Shown piece by piece: positions 1 through 9,285 of a stretch of 64,000 nt of DNA. Within the stretch, counting starts at the first letter, position 1. Every line of letters starts with the position of its first letter. The stretch comes from an uncultured delta proteobacterium. Its GTDB lineage: Bacteria > Desulfobacterota > Binatia > Binatales > Binataceae. The translations under genes and the position numbers were made by a program. The notes under the pieces were generated by a model. The model did no database searches. It had not been told where the DNA came from and worked only from the letters and a program-made list of their open reading frames with translations. The stretch covers positions 2,912,001 to 2,976,000 of the forward strand of contig CAWEEQ010000004.1 in NCBI GenBank assembly GCA_963808235.1, read 5' to 3'.

Positions 1-216
1 CATTATTTCGTTCGGCACTCCGCTAACGAATACGTGCGCGGTGACGTTCACACGCAGAACATCGAATCGTTCTGGTCACTGCTCAAGCGTGGCGTGATCG
101 GAACGTACCATCACGTCAGCAAAAAGTATCTGCCGCTCTATCTGAACGAGTTTACGTTTCGATTCAACAATCGGAACGAAGCCGATATTTTCGGCAAAGC
201 AATAGGAGGGTGCTGA
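1..216 (+). CDS. IS1595-family DDE transposase, C-terminal part (truncated by window start)
   Basis: Translation ...GDVHTQNIESFWSLLKRGVIGTYHHVSKKYLPLYLNEFTFRFNNR matches the typical IS1595 C-terminus (N..E..W..LKR...G.YH.VS.K.L..YL.EF.FR.N). Confidence 0.9.
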   Translation, partial: HYFVRHSANEYVRGDVHTQNIESFWSLLKRGVIGTYHHVSKKYLPLYLNEFTFRFNNRNEADIFGKAIGGC

Positions 217-271
217 GACACGAACACTGGCGAATGTCTCAGCTATCTGAGAACGTCGCCAGCGAGACGGT

Positions 272-538
272 TCAATTGGAGCTTTCATTCAATTCAAAAC
301 GCAATTGAAAGCCGAATGTATCGCCATGAGTTAGCAGCGTATTGAGCGATTGGGCCAGCTTTTGGAGCACAAATAATTCCTTCGCATCTATCAGCGATGC
401 GGGACAATTAGGGCAGATCGTCGCTTCGGGTTTCCAATCCTTCACACGACAAGATACCCTTGCTGCGCAGTTCCTGCACTCCAATTGGATTGCTCGAATA
501 TCAGACGGCTCAAAGTAAATCTGCTTGCTGGTTGTCAC
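272..538 (-). CDS. Small hypothetical zinc-ribbon-like protein (IS passenger)
   Basis: GTG start preceded by AAGGAGG; two CxxC motifs (CRNC, CPNC). Confidence 0.6.
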   Translation of the reverse strand: MTTSKQIYFEPSDIRAIQLECRNCAARVSCRVKDWKPEATICPNCPASLIDAKELFVLQKLAQSLNTLLTHGDTFGFQLRFELNESSN

Positions 539-552
539 AACCGGATTCCTCC

Positions 553-927
553 TTAAGGAGTTGCCATCGGAGCATCGGGTGGCACGAAGTCTTGCGGCCT
601 CAAGCATTGCGGCTGCTGGTGATAATCAATCTGCGGGTTGCACCACCAACCGCCTCCTAACTCGATCCAACCCGACGCCAGCGGCTTCAATGTTTTCGGA
701 TTTAATTCCGTTCCCGCGACTGTAGGCGCTGACGATGGACGCTTCACAAGTTCAGCAACGGTTGGCACGGACATTCGCGCTCGACCGCCGAACATATATT
801 GAACGTCGCCAGTAAAACGATTGATGCGGTATCCAGAATTCGTTTCATAGATGCCGCCATTGAGACTTGCGGCCACAATCAGTGCCGCAGCGAGAATCAC
901 GGCTGCTTTCATAGTGTCCGACATCAT
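553..927 (-). CDS. Hypothetical exported protein (IS passenger)
   Basis: AGGAG RBS; hydrophobic N-terminus AAVILAAALIVAASLNGG; co-oriented with neighbours. Confidence 0.5.
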   Translation of the reverse strand: MMSDTMKAAVILAAALIVAASLNGGIYETNSGYRINRFTGDVQYMFGGRARMSVPTVAELVKRPSSAPTVAGTELNPKTLKPLASGWIELGGGWWCNPQIDYHQQPQCLRPQDFVPPDAPMATP

Positions 928-937
928 TTGCTCCTAG

Positions 938-1597
938 CTAGGAACCGGAATTGTAACCAACGGACAATTCTATTTGGTTAACAGGTAGGGCAGGGTCTAC
1001 GCCACGGCCCCATATTCTTAGTTGAGCACGGGCAAACGCGGCGTCTAATTGGTCACCATATGACGTTTTCCAATCGTTCGGACCGGCAAGCAGAAGGGCA
1101 ATGCCCGCTCCGCCATTTGCTGAATTGAAGACACCATCATCGGCTATAGTCCATCCTGCTCGCTTGAAGACCCTTTCAAAGTCGGTGGCGTATTCCCAAG
1201 CTTCGGGGTCTCGATCCGACGCCTCGATTTTAACCGTATGAACGAAAGTTATAGTTGCCAAACTAGTGGCTAAGGATTCCTCCTGGTCTGGCAACAATCG
1301 CCGACGCGCGAACATTGTTGCGGTTGACGGCGGTAAGTGTGCTGATTTTATGGCCGTTTGGTACTGCTCATCCCAAGCATTGAATCCCGCTATCAATAAG
1401 CCGACAACAAGCAACGTCCGTAGAACCACCACGCGCGTTTCTTCAACTATGTACTGATCGAGCCAGTTGCTGATCGACAAATATTGATTCTTGCGAAGCA
1501 CAAGACCACCAACGTCGAAAATCAGTGACGTTCCCCAAATGAGCGAAGCCCAATTGGAGAGAAGTGCGACGATGTACATCCAGATATCAGCAAACAT
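938..1597 (-). CDS. Hypothetical membrane protein (IS passenger)
   Basis: 219-aa ORF with two N-terminal hydrophobic segments followed by a soluble domain. Confidence 0.6.
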   Translation of the reverse strand: MFADIWMYIVALLSNWASLIWGTSLIFDVGGLVLRKNQYLSISNWLDQYIVEETRVVVLRTLLVVGLLIAGFNAWDEQYQTAIKSAHLPPSTATMFARRRLLPDQEESLATSLATITFVHTVKIEASDRDPEAWEYATDFERVFKRAGWTIADDGVFNSANGGAGIALLLAGPNDWKTSYGDQLDAAFARAQLRIWGRGVDPALPVNQIELSVGYNSGS

Positions 1598-1652
1598 GGA
1601 AATCTAACGTAGTGCGCTTGACGACAACCCACCAACTGCGGAAACTGTCGGT

Positions 1653-1817
1653 ATGGGTTCCGGCTACGCGCAAAAGATTCTGTTCTTTTTCTGCCGGAAG
1701 TGCGGCGACTACCACGAGAAAACGCACCCGCATTACAAAGCGCAGAAGCAGCGTTCCTACCGTCGCCGGAAAGCCAAAGAAGCCGCTCAGCCCGCCCAGC
1801 CTGAACAGCACGCCTAA
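1653..1817 (+). CDS. Possible 54-aa basic Cys/His protein (not in ORF track)
   Basis: MGSGYAQKILFFFCRKCGDYHEKTHPHYKAQKQRSYRRRKAKEAAQPAQPEQHA; preceded by TTGACG-N17-GAAACT at 1618-1646. Confidence 0.35.
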   Translation: MGSGYAQKILFFFCRKCGDYHEKTHPHYKAQKQRSYRRRKAKEAAQPAQPEQHA

Positions 1818-1914
1818 TACTCGACCATCGTAGCGGGGGATCGTTCGATTCTGGCCCATCGCCGGAATCATTACAGAATCCAGCCTGATAGTCTACATCC
1901 AGATAATCCCCGTC

Positions 1915-1943
1915 TTGACTAATAGCGAAGAAAAAGCGAAAAT
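1915..1943 (+). promoter_or_regulatory. Putative sigma70 promoter with overlapping AGCGAA-N5-AGCGAA direct repeat
   Basis: TTGACT-N17-GAAAAT ending 4 nt before ATG 1948; AGCGAA at 1924-1929 and 1935-1940. Confidence 0.45.
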
Positions 1944-1947
1944 AACC

Positions 1948-2979
1948 ATGCCGTCAAAGATGGATGCCGCCGCCACATTGCCCCTCTACGCCGACGGGTT
2001 GGAAAGCCCGTTGGAGGACTTGCCCGCGAGCCGCGGGGTCGAGTTTGTCGAGATGCCGGTGCGGCAGATTCTCAACCGATGCGACAGTCCGTGGATGCCG
2101 TTTCGATGGACGATCAATCCGTATCGCGGGTGCGAGTTCGGATGCGTTTACTGCTACGCGCGGTACACGCATGAGTTCCTGGAGCTGCACGACCCGATGG
2201 ACTTCGAGCGCAAGATTTTCGTCAAGCGGATGGCGGCCGAGGTGCTCGGGCGGACACTATCGCGCACGCCGATTGGCACCGACGCGATTGCAATCGGCAC
2301 CGCGACCGATCCCTATCAGCCGGCGGAGCGGAAGTACGGGCTGACGCGCTCGATGCTCGAGGTGTTCGCGCAACTTGCGGGACTTAACCTGTCGATCACG
2401 ACCAAGTCGAGCTTAATTGTTCGCGACCTCGAGCTGCTCAAGAAGATCAATCGGCGCTCGAAGCTGTCGGTGAACTTTTCAGTGATAACGCTCGATCGAA
2501 GGCTGCAACGAATACTGGAGCCGCGCGCGCCGCGGCCGGGATTGCGGCTGCGCGCGCTGTTCGAGCTGGCGCGGGCGGGTATCCGATGCAACGTGCTCAT
2601 GATGCCGATGATTCCGGGACTGACGGACGAGCCGGCGGCGATCGAGAGCGTGATTCGCGGGGCGCATCGCGCGGGCGCGTCGGGAGTATGGTGGCGCTCG
2701 CTATTTTTGAAACCGGCGGCGGCGCGCCGGTTCATTCCATATGTGAAGGAGCGATTCCCGCATCTGAGCGGACGTATCGATGCGTTTTACGCCCACGCCG
2801 AGTATGTACCGCATGCATACGACGAACGGATGGGGCGCCTGTTCGACCGGCTCCGTGCGCGATACGGGTTCCCGATCGATCACGAACGCTACATGGAACG
2901 GCCTCCGATCGCGCAGCAGTTACCGCGACAACTATCGCTTGGCGGCATGCTGGAATCGCGACCAAGCGAGGAGACATAA
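1948..2979 (+). CDS. Radical SAM protein, SplB-like / Rv2578c family (putative DNA repair)
   Basis: INPYRGCEFGCVYCYAR (CxxxCxxC) and GTATDPYQPAE, ITTKS motifs. Confidence 0.85.
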   Translation: MPSKMDAAATLPLYADGLESPLEDLPASRGVEFVEMPVRQILNRCDSPWMPFRWTINPYRGCEFGCVYCYARYTHEFLELHDPMDFERKIFVKRMAAEVLGRTLSRTPIGTDAIAIGTATDPYQPAERKYGLTRSMLEVFAQLAGLNLSITTKSSLIVRDLELLKKINRRSKLSVNFSVITLDRRLQRILEPRAPRPGLRLRALFELARAGIRCNVLMMPMIPGLTDEPAAIESVIRGAHRAGASGVWWRSLFLKPAAARRFIPYVKERFPHLSGRIDAFYAHAEYVPHAYDERMGRLFDRLRARYGFPIDHERYMERPPIAQQLPRQLSLGGMLESRPSEET

Positions 2980-2983
2980 AGAA

Positions 2984-4006
2984 ATGCCGAAATCAAAGGT
3001 GAGAATCGGAATACTGGGCGGCGGTTCGATGGGCCTTGAGCACGCGGAGTCCTTCGGCTCCATCGAAGGTGTCGAGATAGCCGGGATATTCAGCCGGACC
3101 TCAGAGCGAGCAGCGGCCGCCGCAAAGACTTGCAACGCCAGGGCCGTAACCGACCCACGCGCTCTCATCGAGGATCCGGCTATCGACGCTATCGACGTAT
3201 GCCTTCCTTCCGTGAACCACGCAGAGTTCGTGACCGCAGCTTTGTCTGCGGGCAAACATGTTTTCTGCGAGACGCCACTAGCGCTTCGCGTCGAAGATGC
3301 GGTGGCAATGATCAAGGCGGCGCACAGTTCCAGGCGGATCCTGATGGTCGGACTGCTGATGCGATGTATCGCACAGTACGAGCACGTACATCGCGCAGTG
3401 GAGTCCGGCGAACACGGCAACCTGCTTAGTGTGATGGCGTATCGGCTCGGCTCCTACCTGCGCGTCGGCGGCCAGGATCACAAGGACCACTATTCGGACC
3501 CTTCGACCGAGCTCATGACCTTCGACTTCGATTTCGCGAACTGGCTGATGGGAACGCCGGTTCGCGTTTCGGCGACCGCGGTGCGCACTGCGGCCGGAAC
3601 ACCGGGCGAGATATCGGCAATGCTCGACTTCGAAGGCGGCCGCACTGCAACCATCCTCGCCAGCGGGATCCTGCCAAAGAGCTTCCCTTTTTCTGCCGGC
3701 TTCCGAGTTCTGTTCGAGAAAGGCGCGTTCGACCTCAAGAACGTGTTCGGAGACGGTCCACCCCAGAGCACGTTTACCTTCTTTCCAGAGGAAGGCGGCC
3801 AGCAGGCCGTCTCAATCGTGGGGCACAATCCGTATGAGGAAGAACTGCGGCTCTTCGTCGATTGCGTTCGCGGCGAGGGTGACCCATCTCTGCTAGGCGC
3901 CGAGCTCGCGGTGAATGCGCTCGTCTTGTCGCTCGCAACGCAGCGATCGCTCGAAGAGCACCAGGCTATAGACGTAGCGTCGATGCGAAAATCGCTGGGC
4001 ATCTAA
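2984..4006 (+). CDS. Gfo/Idh/MocA family oxidoreductase
   Basis: RIGILGGGSMG Rossmann motif; AGKHVFCETPLA (EKP-like motif). Confidence 0.85.
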   Translation: MPKSKVRIGILGGGSMGLEHAESFGSIEGVEIAGIFSRTSERAAAAAKTCNARAVTDPRALIEDPAIDAIDVCLPSVNHAEFVTAALSAGKHVFCETPLALRVEDAVAMIKAAHSSRRILMVGLLMRCIAQYEHVHRAVESGEHGNLLSVMAYRLGSYLRVGGQDHKDHYSDPSTELMTFDFDFANWLMGTPVRVSATAVRTAAGTPGEISAMLDFEGGRTATILASGILPKSFPFSAGFRVLFEKGAFDLKNVFGDGPPQSTFTFFPEEGGQQAVSIVGHNPYEEELRLFVDCVRGEGDPSLLGAELAVNALVLSLATQRSLEEHQAIDVASMRKSLGI

Positions 4007-4042
4007 CGAGACTAGTCCGCGGTTTGTGTTGTACCTTGCCGC

Positions 4043-4073
4043 TTGACAATGCGTAACCTATTGGTTACATATT
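4043..4073 (+). promoter_or_regulatory. Promoter with palindromic operator GTAACC-tatt-GGTTAC
   Basis: TTGACA at 4043-4048; inverted repeat at 4053-4068 just upstream of the ArsR gene, as expected for autoregulation. Confidence 0.65.
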
Positions 4074-4079
4074 TTCTCG

Positions 4080-4400
4080 ATGTCGCTCGACAAGACGATT
4101 GCTGCGCTGGGTGATCCGACTCGCAGGGAGATTCTTCGCCGGTTGGCTGAGGCGCCGCATCGAGCCGGTGAGCTCGCGCATGGATTTGCGATCAGCCGGC
4201 CCGCCATTTGTAAGCATACGCGGCTGCTCACTCGCGCGGGATTGATACGGGCGAAACAGAGCGGGCGAGAGCGGATCTATGAGCTGGCCCCGTCCGGAGG
4301 CAAAGCGATGCGCGACATGATCGAGCAGATGGAAGGTATGGAGCGGTTCTGGGAAGTCGCGCTCGACGCGTTCAAGCGCTATGCGGAGAAAAAGGCATGA
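4080..4400 (+). CDS. ArsR/SmtB family transcriptional regulator
   Basis: ALGDPTRREIL...ISRPAICKH..LL..AGLI...GRERIY winged-HTH signature. Confidence 0.9.
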   Translation: MSLDKTIAALGDPTRREILRRLAEAPHRAGELAHGFAISRPAICKHTRLLTRAGLIRAKQSGRERIYELAPSGGKAMRDMIEQMEGMERFWEVALDAFKRYAEKKA

Positions 4401-4819
4401 CGATTCGCAAATCGATCTGGGTCGCACGATCGCCGGAGATTTCATTCAAGGTGTTCTGCGAGGATATCGGCGAATGGTGGCCGGGCGGGTTCGGCGGCAA
4501 GGACAGCAAGCTATCGCTCGCGCGGGAAGTAGGCGGGCGCTTTTTCGAAAGGCGCGGCGACGGCACCGAGTACGAGATCGGACGGGTGACGGCGTACGAG
4601 CCTCCGTCGCGGGTGGCTTTCAGCTGGCGCGCGCCGAGTTGGGACGTTACCACCCAGGTTGAAATTCGCTTCACCGCCGAGGCGGACGGAACCCGCATCG
4701 ATCTGGAGCATCGCGGATTCGAGCAGAGCGAGAAAACCCGCGACGCCGAGAAAAACTACAATTCAGGATGGGACGGGATACTCGGGCACTATCAGAAAGT
4801 GTTCGCGCCGGCCGCATGA
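4397..4819 (+). CDS. SRPBCC / AHSA1-like domain protein
   Basis: GRVTAYEPPSRVAFSW, TQVEIRF...GTRIDLEH, GWDGIL motifs; ATGA coupling to ArsR. Confidence 0.85.
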   Translation: MTIRKSIWVARSPEISFKVFCEDIGEWWPGGFGGKDSKLSLAREVGGRFFERRGDGTEYEIGRVTAYEPPSRVAFSWRAPSWDVTTQVEIRFTAEADGTRIDLEHRGFEQSEKTRDAEKNYNSGWDGILGHYQKVFAPAA

Positions 4820-4867
4820 CGACAAAATGCAAGCCCGGAACCAAAAAATTAGCCCAGGGGGAAGACG

Positions 4868-5482
4868 ATGAAACTCTACTATTTCCCTTCACCGAATCCG
4901 CAGAAGATTTGGTTCGCGATCAATGAGCTCGGCCTCGACTGCGAGACGGTCCCGGTCGATTTGCTCAAGCGCGAGCAACGCTCGCCCGAATTCCTGTCGC
5001 TGAATCCATGCGGTCGCGTGCCGGTGCTGGTCGACGGCGATCTCAAGCTGTGGGAGTCTCACGCGATCCTGGCGTACCTCGGCGAGAAGAGCGGGCGGCT
5101 ATGGCCGACGACTCCGGCCGGGCGCGCCGACGCATTGCGCTGGCTCTTTTTCCTGACCAGCGCGATTTCCCCGCCCGCGACGGAGGTGGCCTTCAATCGA
5201 ATCGCGGTCAAGTTGAGCGGCGGCACACCCGACGAGGCGGCGATCGCGCGCGGCGAAAAAGCGCTGCCCGATCCGATCAGAATCGTCGACCAGCACCTCT
5301 CCACCCGCAAATGGATGATGGGTGACGAATTTTCGCTGGTCGATTGCGACTATGGTCCCACCCTGAACGTTCTCGACAAGGCGGGATTCAGCTTTGGCGA
5401 TTTTCCGCGCGTTCGTGCGTACCTCGAGGCGATTCGTTCGCGGAAGGCATGGCAGGAAACCCCGAAGCTACCGGGGCTGTGA
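4868..5482 (+). CDS. Glutathione S-transferase family protein
   Basis: LNPCGRVPVLVDGDLKLWESHAILAYL; GDEFSLVDC. Confidence 0.9.
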   Translation: MKLYYFPSPNPQKIWFAINELGLDCETVPVDLLKREQRSPEFLSLNPCGRVPVLVDGDLKLWESHAILAYLGEKSGRLWPTTPAGRADALRWLFFLTSAISPPATEVAFNRIAVKLSGGTPDEAAIARGEKALPDPIRIVDQHLSTRKWMMGDEFSLVDCDYGPTLNVLDKAGFSFGDFPRVRAYLEAIRSRKAWQETPKLPGL

Positions 5483-5618
5483 ACGGCCGCACGTGCCATT
5501 GCTACGAGAGATTTGGGTCGCACTTTTGTGCGATCATTTTTCTCGCCTTAAGGATTGAGAGAACGCGAGACGCGCTCGACATCCTCACGATCGTTGGGTA
5601 AAAGGCGCCGATTTTCCG

Positions 5619-6809
5619 ATGGGAAGTGCTCACAAACATGCCGGGAACGAGATCACGACGGCTCGTCGACGCTCCTCGAGCGGCCTGATCATTCGACAGA
5701 AGGATCCGAAAAATCTGGAGACTCCGCTCGATCAGGTTGACTCCTTTATCACTCCCGCCGCGCTGTTCTACGTACGCAATCATTTCCGGGCTCCGAAGCT
5801 GGATCTCGCCGACTACCGACTGCGCATCGATGGCGCGGTCAGGAATCCGTTTTCTCTGAGCTACCAGGAATTGCGAAACATGCGGTCCGAGACGCGGGTC
5901 GCCGTTTTAGAGTGCGCAGGCAACAGCCGCGCCTTCCTCGTGCCGCAGGTCGAAGGAGTGCCGTGGGAGCTCGGCGCTGTTGGCAATGCGGAGTGGACCG
6001 GCGTGCCTCTGGCCGCTTTGCTGGAACGGGCGGGCCTTGAAAACGGCGCGTGTGAGATCGTGCTCGAAGGAGCCGATCGAGGAACGCCGAAGGAAAAGCC
6101 GATACCTCCCGGTACGATCTCGTATGTCCGCAGTTTAGCGCGTGACAAAGCAATTCAGCGGGAAGTGTTGATCGCTTACCAGATGAATGGCGGCGATCTT
6201 CCACTGGACCACGGATATCCCGTGCGTGCGATTGTCCCCGGTCACTACGGAATGGCTTCCGTCAAGTGGCTGACGGGTATCCACGCGGTACGAGAGCCGT
6301 TCCAAGGTTACTGGCAGACATCGGACTACGCTTACTGGGATTACGTGGACAACGAGCCGGTGTGGCGCCCATTGGGAGAAATAAAACTCAAGTCCGAGAT
6401 CGCCCGCCCCCGCATTTATGAAACGCTTGAACCGAACCATCTGTACGTGGTTTTCGGCGCCGCGTGGACGGGCGAGACCGAGGTAACTGAAATCGCGGTG
6501 AGCACTGACGGCGGCCAAACCTGGGCCGCGGGAGAATTTCTGGACCCCGTTCGACGGCATACGTGGCGCCGATGGAAGTTCGAGTGGCTCACACCAAACG
6601 CGGCGGGCAAATACACACTGCTGGCGCGTGCCAAAGACTCAAAGGGCCGCGTGCAGCCCGTGACCCACGATCAAAAATACGGCGGCTACGTGATCGATCA
6701 TCCTCTTCCAATAGAAGTATTCGTCGCCCCCGGAACTCGGGATGTCACAAAGAAGATGAGGCCAGAGGATCGGAAGCCGGCGAAGATTGGTGCGCGGGGC
6801 GGGACTTGA
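5619..6809 (+). CDS. Sulfite oxidase family molybdoenzyme
   Basis: FYVRNH, LECAGN (Mo-binding Cys), GNAEWTGV, HGYPVR, VKWL; C-terminal dimerisation domain. The last 22 nt overlap the tRNA 3' end. Confidence 0.85.
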   Translation: MGSAHKHAGNEITTARRRSSSGLIIRQKDPKNLETPLDQVDSFITPAALFYVRNHFRAPKLDLADYRLRIDGAVRNPFSLSYQELRNMRSETRVAVLECAGNSRAFLVPQVEGVPWELGAVGNAEWTGVPLAALLERAGLENGACEIVLEGADRGTPKEKPIPPGTISYVRSLARDKAIQREVLIAYQMNGGDLPLDHGYPVRAIVPGHYGMASVKWLTGIHAVREPFQGYWQTSDYAYWDYVDNEPVWRPLGEIKLKSEIARPRIYETLEPNHLYVVFGAAWTGETEVTEIAVSTDGGQTWAAGEFLDPVRRHTWRRWKFEWLTPNAAGKYTLLARAKDSKGRVQPVTHDQKYGGYVIDHPLPIEVFVAPGTRDVTKKMRPEDRKPAKIGARGGT

Positions 6810-6873
6810 ACCCGCACGGTATTGCTACCACCAGCCCCTCAAACTGGCGTGTCTGCCGTTCCACCACCCGCGC
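6788..6873 (-). tRNA. tRNA-Leu (anticodon GAG)
   Basis: GCGCGGG/CCCGCGC acceptor stem with A-CCA end, anticodon arm CCAGT-TTGAGGG-GCTGG, long variable arm, GGTTCAAGTCC T-loop; downstream of secG as in E. coli secG-leuU. Confidence 0.95.
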
Positions 6874-6878
6874 GCTTG

Positions 6879-7253
6879 CTACTTCTTCGTCGCGCCCGGC
6901 GTGCCTGAGCCGGCAGGATTCTGCGCCGGCGCGGCCGGGAGAGCGTTCTTGGGAATGTGCTTCGTCGACGGCATCACGGACGATCCTCCCGACGAAAACG
7001 GCCGGTCGAAGATACTTCCGGTAACGCGCTGCGCCGACGCGAGCGCCAGGAAAATCGAGGTCGCGAAAAAGATTGCCGCGAGCGACCAGGTTGCCTTGGT
7101 GAGCGCATTGCCGGCGCCGCTCGCGCCGAAGACGGTCTGGCTCGAACCGCCGAAGACCGCGCCGATATCCGCGCCCTTACCCTGCTGGAGCAGAATGATG
7201 ACGCATAGCGAGACGCATACGATCACGTGAACCGAAACTACAATTGATACCAT
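6879..7253 (-). CDS. secG: Preprotein translocase subunit SecG
   Basis: ILLQQGKGADIGAVFGGSSQTVFGASGAGNALTKAT. Confidence 0.95.
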   Translation of the reverse strand: MVSIVVSVHVIVCVSLCVIILLQQGKGADIGAVFGGSSQTVFGASGAGNALTKATWSLAAIFFATSIFLALASAQRVTGSIFDRPFSSGGSSVMPSTKHIPKNALPAAPAQNPAGSGTPGATKK

Positions 7254-7262
7254 GGGTTCTTC

Positions 7263-8042
7263 TTAACGAGTCCGCGCCCTGACGATGCGCGCGAACGAGT
7301 CAGCCTTCAAGCTTGCCCCGCCGACCAGAGCCCCGTCAATATCGGGTTTGGAGACGAGCGAGTCAACATTCTCGGGATTGACGCTGCCGCCATAGAGGAT
7401 TCGAATCGCGGACGCGCGTTCGCGGCCGTAGCGCTCGAGGATCACGCCGCGGATCGCGCCGTGAATCGATTCCGCATGCTCGGGAGTCGCGGTGCGGCCG
7501 GTGCCGATCGCCCAGACCGGCTCGTAGGCGACGGCCAGCGCGGGCATCTGAGCTTCGCCGACGCCTTCGAGTCCGCGTTCGAGCTGGCGGAGCACGACGC
7601 TGAGCGCGTCGCCGCTATCGTGCTGGGCTTCGGTCTCGCCGACGCACAGTATCGGCACCATCCGATGGTTCAGCGCGGCGAGCACTTTCTTGTTGATCAG
7701 CTCATCGGGCTCATGAAAGACGTGACGGCGTTCCGAATGGCCCAGGATGACGTGGGTAACGCCGTAAGCTTTCAGCATCGGGGGCGACACTTCTCCGGTG
7801 AAGGCGCCCTTCTCCTCGTAGAACATGTTTTGCGCGCCGAGCAGAATCGAGGAGCCCGCGAGCGCTTGCGCGACTGCGGGGATCAGGATGTCGGGCGGCG
7901 CGACCATCACGTCGCGATCTTTGGCGAGCGTGGCGGCGTCGCGATCGATGTCGGCTCGGAGCCCGGCGATGAGGGCGCGCGCCTCGACCGGAAGAAGATG
8001 CATCTTCCAGTTTCCGGCGATTAGTTTTTTGCGTGGTTCCAT
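7263..8042 (-). CDS. tpiA: Triosephosphate isomerase
   Basis: AGNWKMH, GHSERR, AYEPVWAIGTG, YGGSV, LVGGASL. Confidence 0.97.
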   Translation of the reverse strand: MEPRKKLIAGNWKMHLLPVEARALIAGLRADIDRDAATLAKDRDVMVAPPDILIPAVAQALAGSSILLGAQNMFYEEKGAFTGEVSPPMLKAYGVTHVILGHSERRHVFHEPDELINKKVLAALNHRMVPILCVGETEAQHDSGDALSVVLRQLERGLEGVGEAQMPALAVAYEPVWAIGTGRTATPEHAESIHGAIRGVILERYGRERASAIRILYGGSVNPENVDSLVSKPDIDGALVGGASLKADSFARIVRARTR

Positions 8043-8055
8043 TTTCGCGCTAGCG

Positions 8056-9240
8056 TCACTTACCTGGCGCTTCGAGGGCTTTTACGCCGGGGAGTTCGCG
8101 GCCTTCCAGGAATTCCAGGGAGGCGCCGCCGCCGGTTGAGATGTGGGTGAATTTTTTCGCCCACGGTTGATGCGCTACTGCGGCGGCGGTGTCGCCGCCG
8201 CCGATTATCGACACGACGTCCAGTTGGTTGGCAAGCGCTTCGCCGACGCGCATCGTGCCCGACGAGAACGCGGGGATTTCGAAAAATCCCAGTGGGCCGT
8301 TCCATATCACGGTTTTTGCGCGGGCGATTTCCGCGATGAAGGCGTCGATGGTTTGCGGTCCGATATCGAGGCCCATCAGCTCGGACGGAATTTCGGTGAC
8401 TGTGTTGGCGCTGGCGTTGGCTTCAGGAGCGCCTGCGACTACATGATCGACCGGCAGCACGATTCTGACATTTTTCTTCGCGGCCTCGGCCAATAGCTCG
8501 CGCGCCAGATCGATTTTATCGTCCTCAACCAGCGAGCGGCCCACCGCGACGCCCTGGGCTTTGAGAAACGTGTAGGCCATCGCGCCGCCGATCAGGATCG
8601 CGTCAACCTTGGTCATCAGATTTCTGATGACTCCGATCTTGTCGGAGACTTTTGCTCCGCCCAGGATCGCGAGCGCCGGACGCTTGGGATTTTCGGTGAC
8701 GGCGCGCAGCGCCTCGAGCTCGCGCATCATGAGGAATCCGGCGGCGCGCTCCACGATGAAGCGGGTGACTCCCACTGTCGAGGCGTGGGCGCGATGCGCG
8801 GCGCCGAACGCGTCGTTGATGAAGACTTGTTTGCCGCGCGCGAGTTCATGGGAGAAGTCGCGATCGTTGGCTTCTTCCTCGCGATGGAAGCGCAGGTTCT
8901 CGAGCAGGATCGCTTCACCGGGTTTGAGTGCCTCGATCATTTTGCCGGTGTGATCGCCGATGCAATCGGGTGCGAGCGCGACCTTCTGCCCGAGCACCGC
9001 AGACAGATATTCGGCGACCGGCTTGAGGCTCAGCTCGGCGCTGCGTTCCTTGGGACGGCCAAGATGCGAGCAAAGGACCGCGGTGCCGCCCTGCCCCAGG
9101 ATGTGGCGAATCGTGTCGAGGCTCGCGTCGATGCGCGCGGGGTCCTGAATCTTGCCTTCGTGCATCGGCACGTTGAAATCGCATCGCACGAGCGCCTTCT
9201 TGTTTTTCAACTGAAGGCTCGTGATCGGAATGACGGGCAT
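8056..9240 (-). CDS. pgk: Phosphoglycerate kinase
   Basis: [41 protein letters not shown]. Confidence 0.97.
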   Translation of the reverse strand: MPVIPITSLQLKNKKALVRCDFNVPMHEGKIQDPARIDASLDTIRHILGQGGTAVLCSHLGRPKERSAELSLKPVAEYLSAVLGQKVALAPDCIGDHTGKMIEALKPGEAILLENLRFHREEEANDRDFSHELARGKQVFINDAFGAAHRAHASTVGVTRFIVERAAGFLMMRELEALRAVTENPKRPALAILGGAKVSDKIGVIRNLMTKVDAILIGGAMAYTFLKAQGVAVGRSLVEDDKIDLARELLAEAAKKNVRIVLPVDHVVAGAPEANASANTVTEIPSELMGLDIGPQTIDAFIAEIARAKTVIWNGPLGFFEIPAFSSGTMRVGEALANQLDVVSIIGGGDTAAAVAHQPWAKKFTHISTGGGASLEFLEGRELPGVKALEAPGK

Positions 9241-9285
9241 CGGCGACGATTTCTTTTCTTGAGAGACTCGATTCGACTCGGGCGC

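Larger units (their letters stand above)
1..1911 (+). mobile_element. Right part of an IS1595-family (ISNwi1-like) element carrying passenger genes
   Basis: Transposase end, then visibly AT-richer orphan ORFs, then 1890-1911, whose reverse complement GGGGATTATCTGGATGTAGACT fits the ggnnatTAT end consensus of the ISNwi1 group. Host-like sequence resumes at 1912. Confidence 0.65.

Noticed and set aside
1912-6787. Integrative island anchored at tRNA-Leu with att duplication
   Set aside because: I could not find a second copy of the tRNA 3' end or an integrase in the window.
6787-7230. 147-aa + strand ORF over the tRNA and secG
   Set aside because: Antisense reading of tRNA-Leu and secG.
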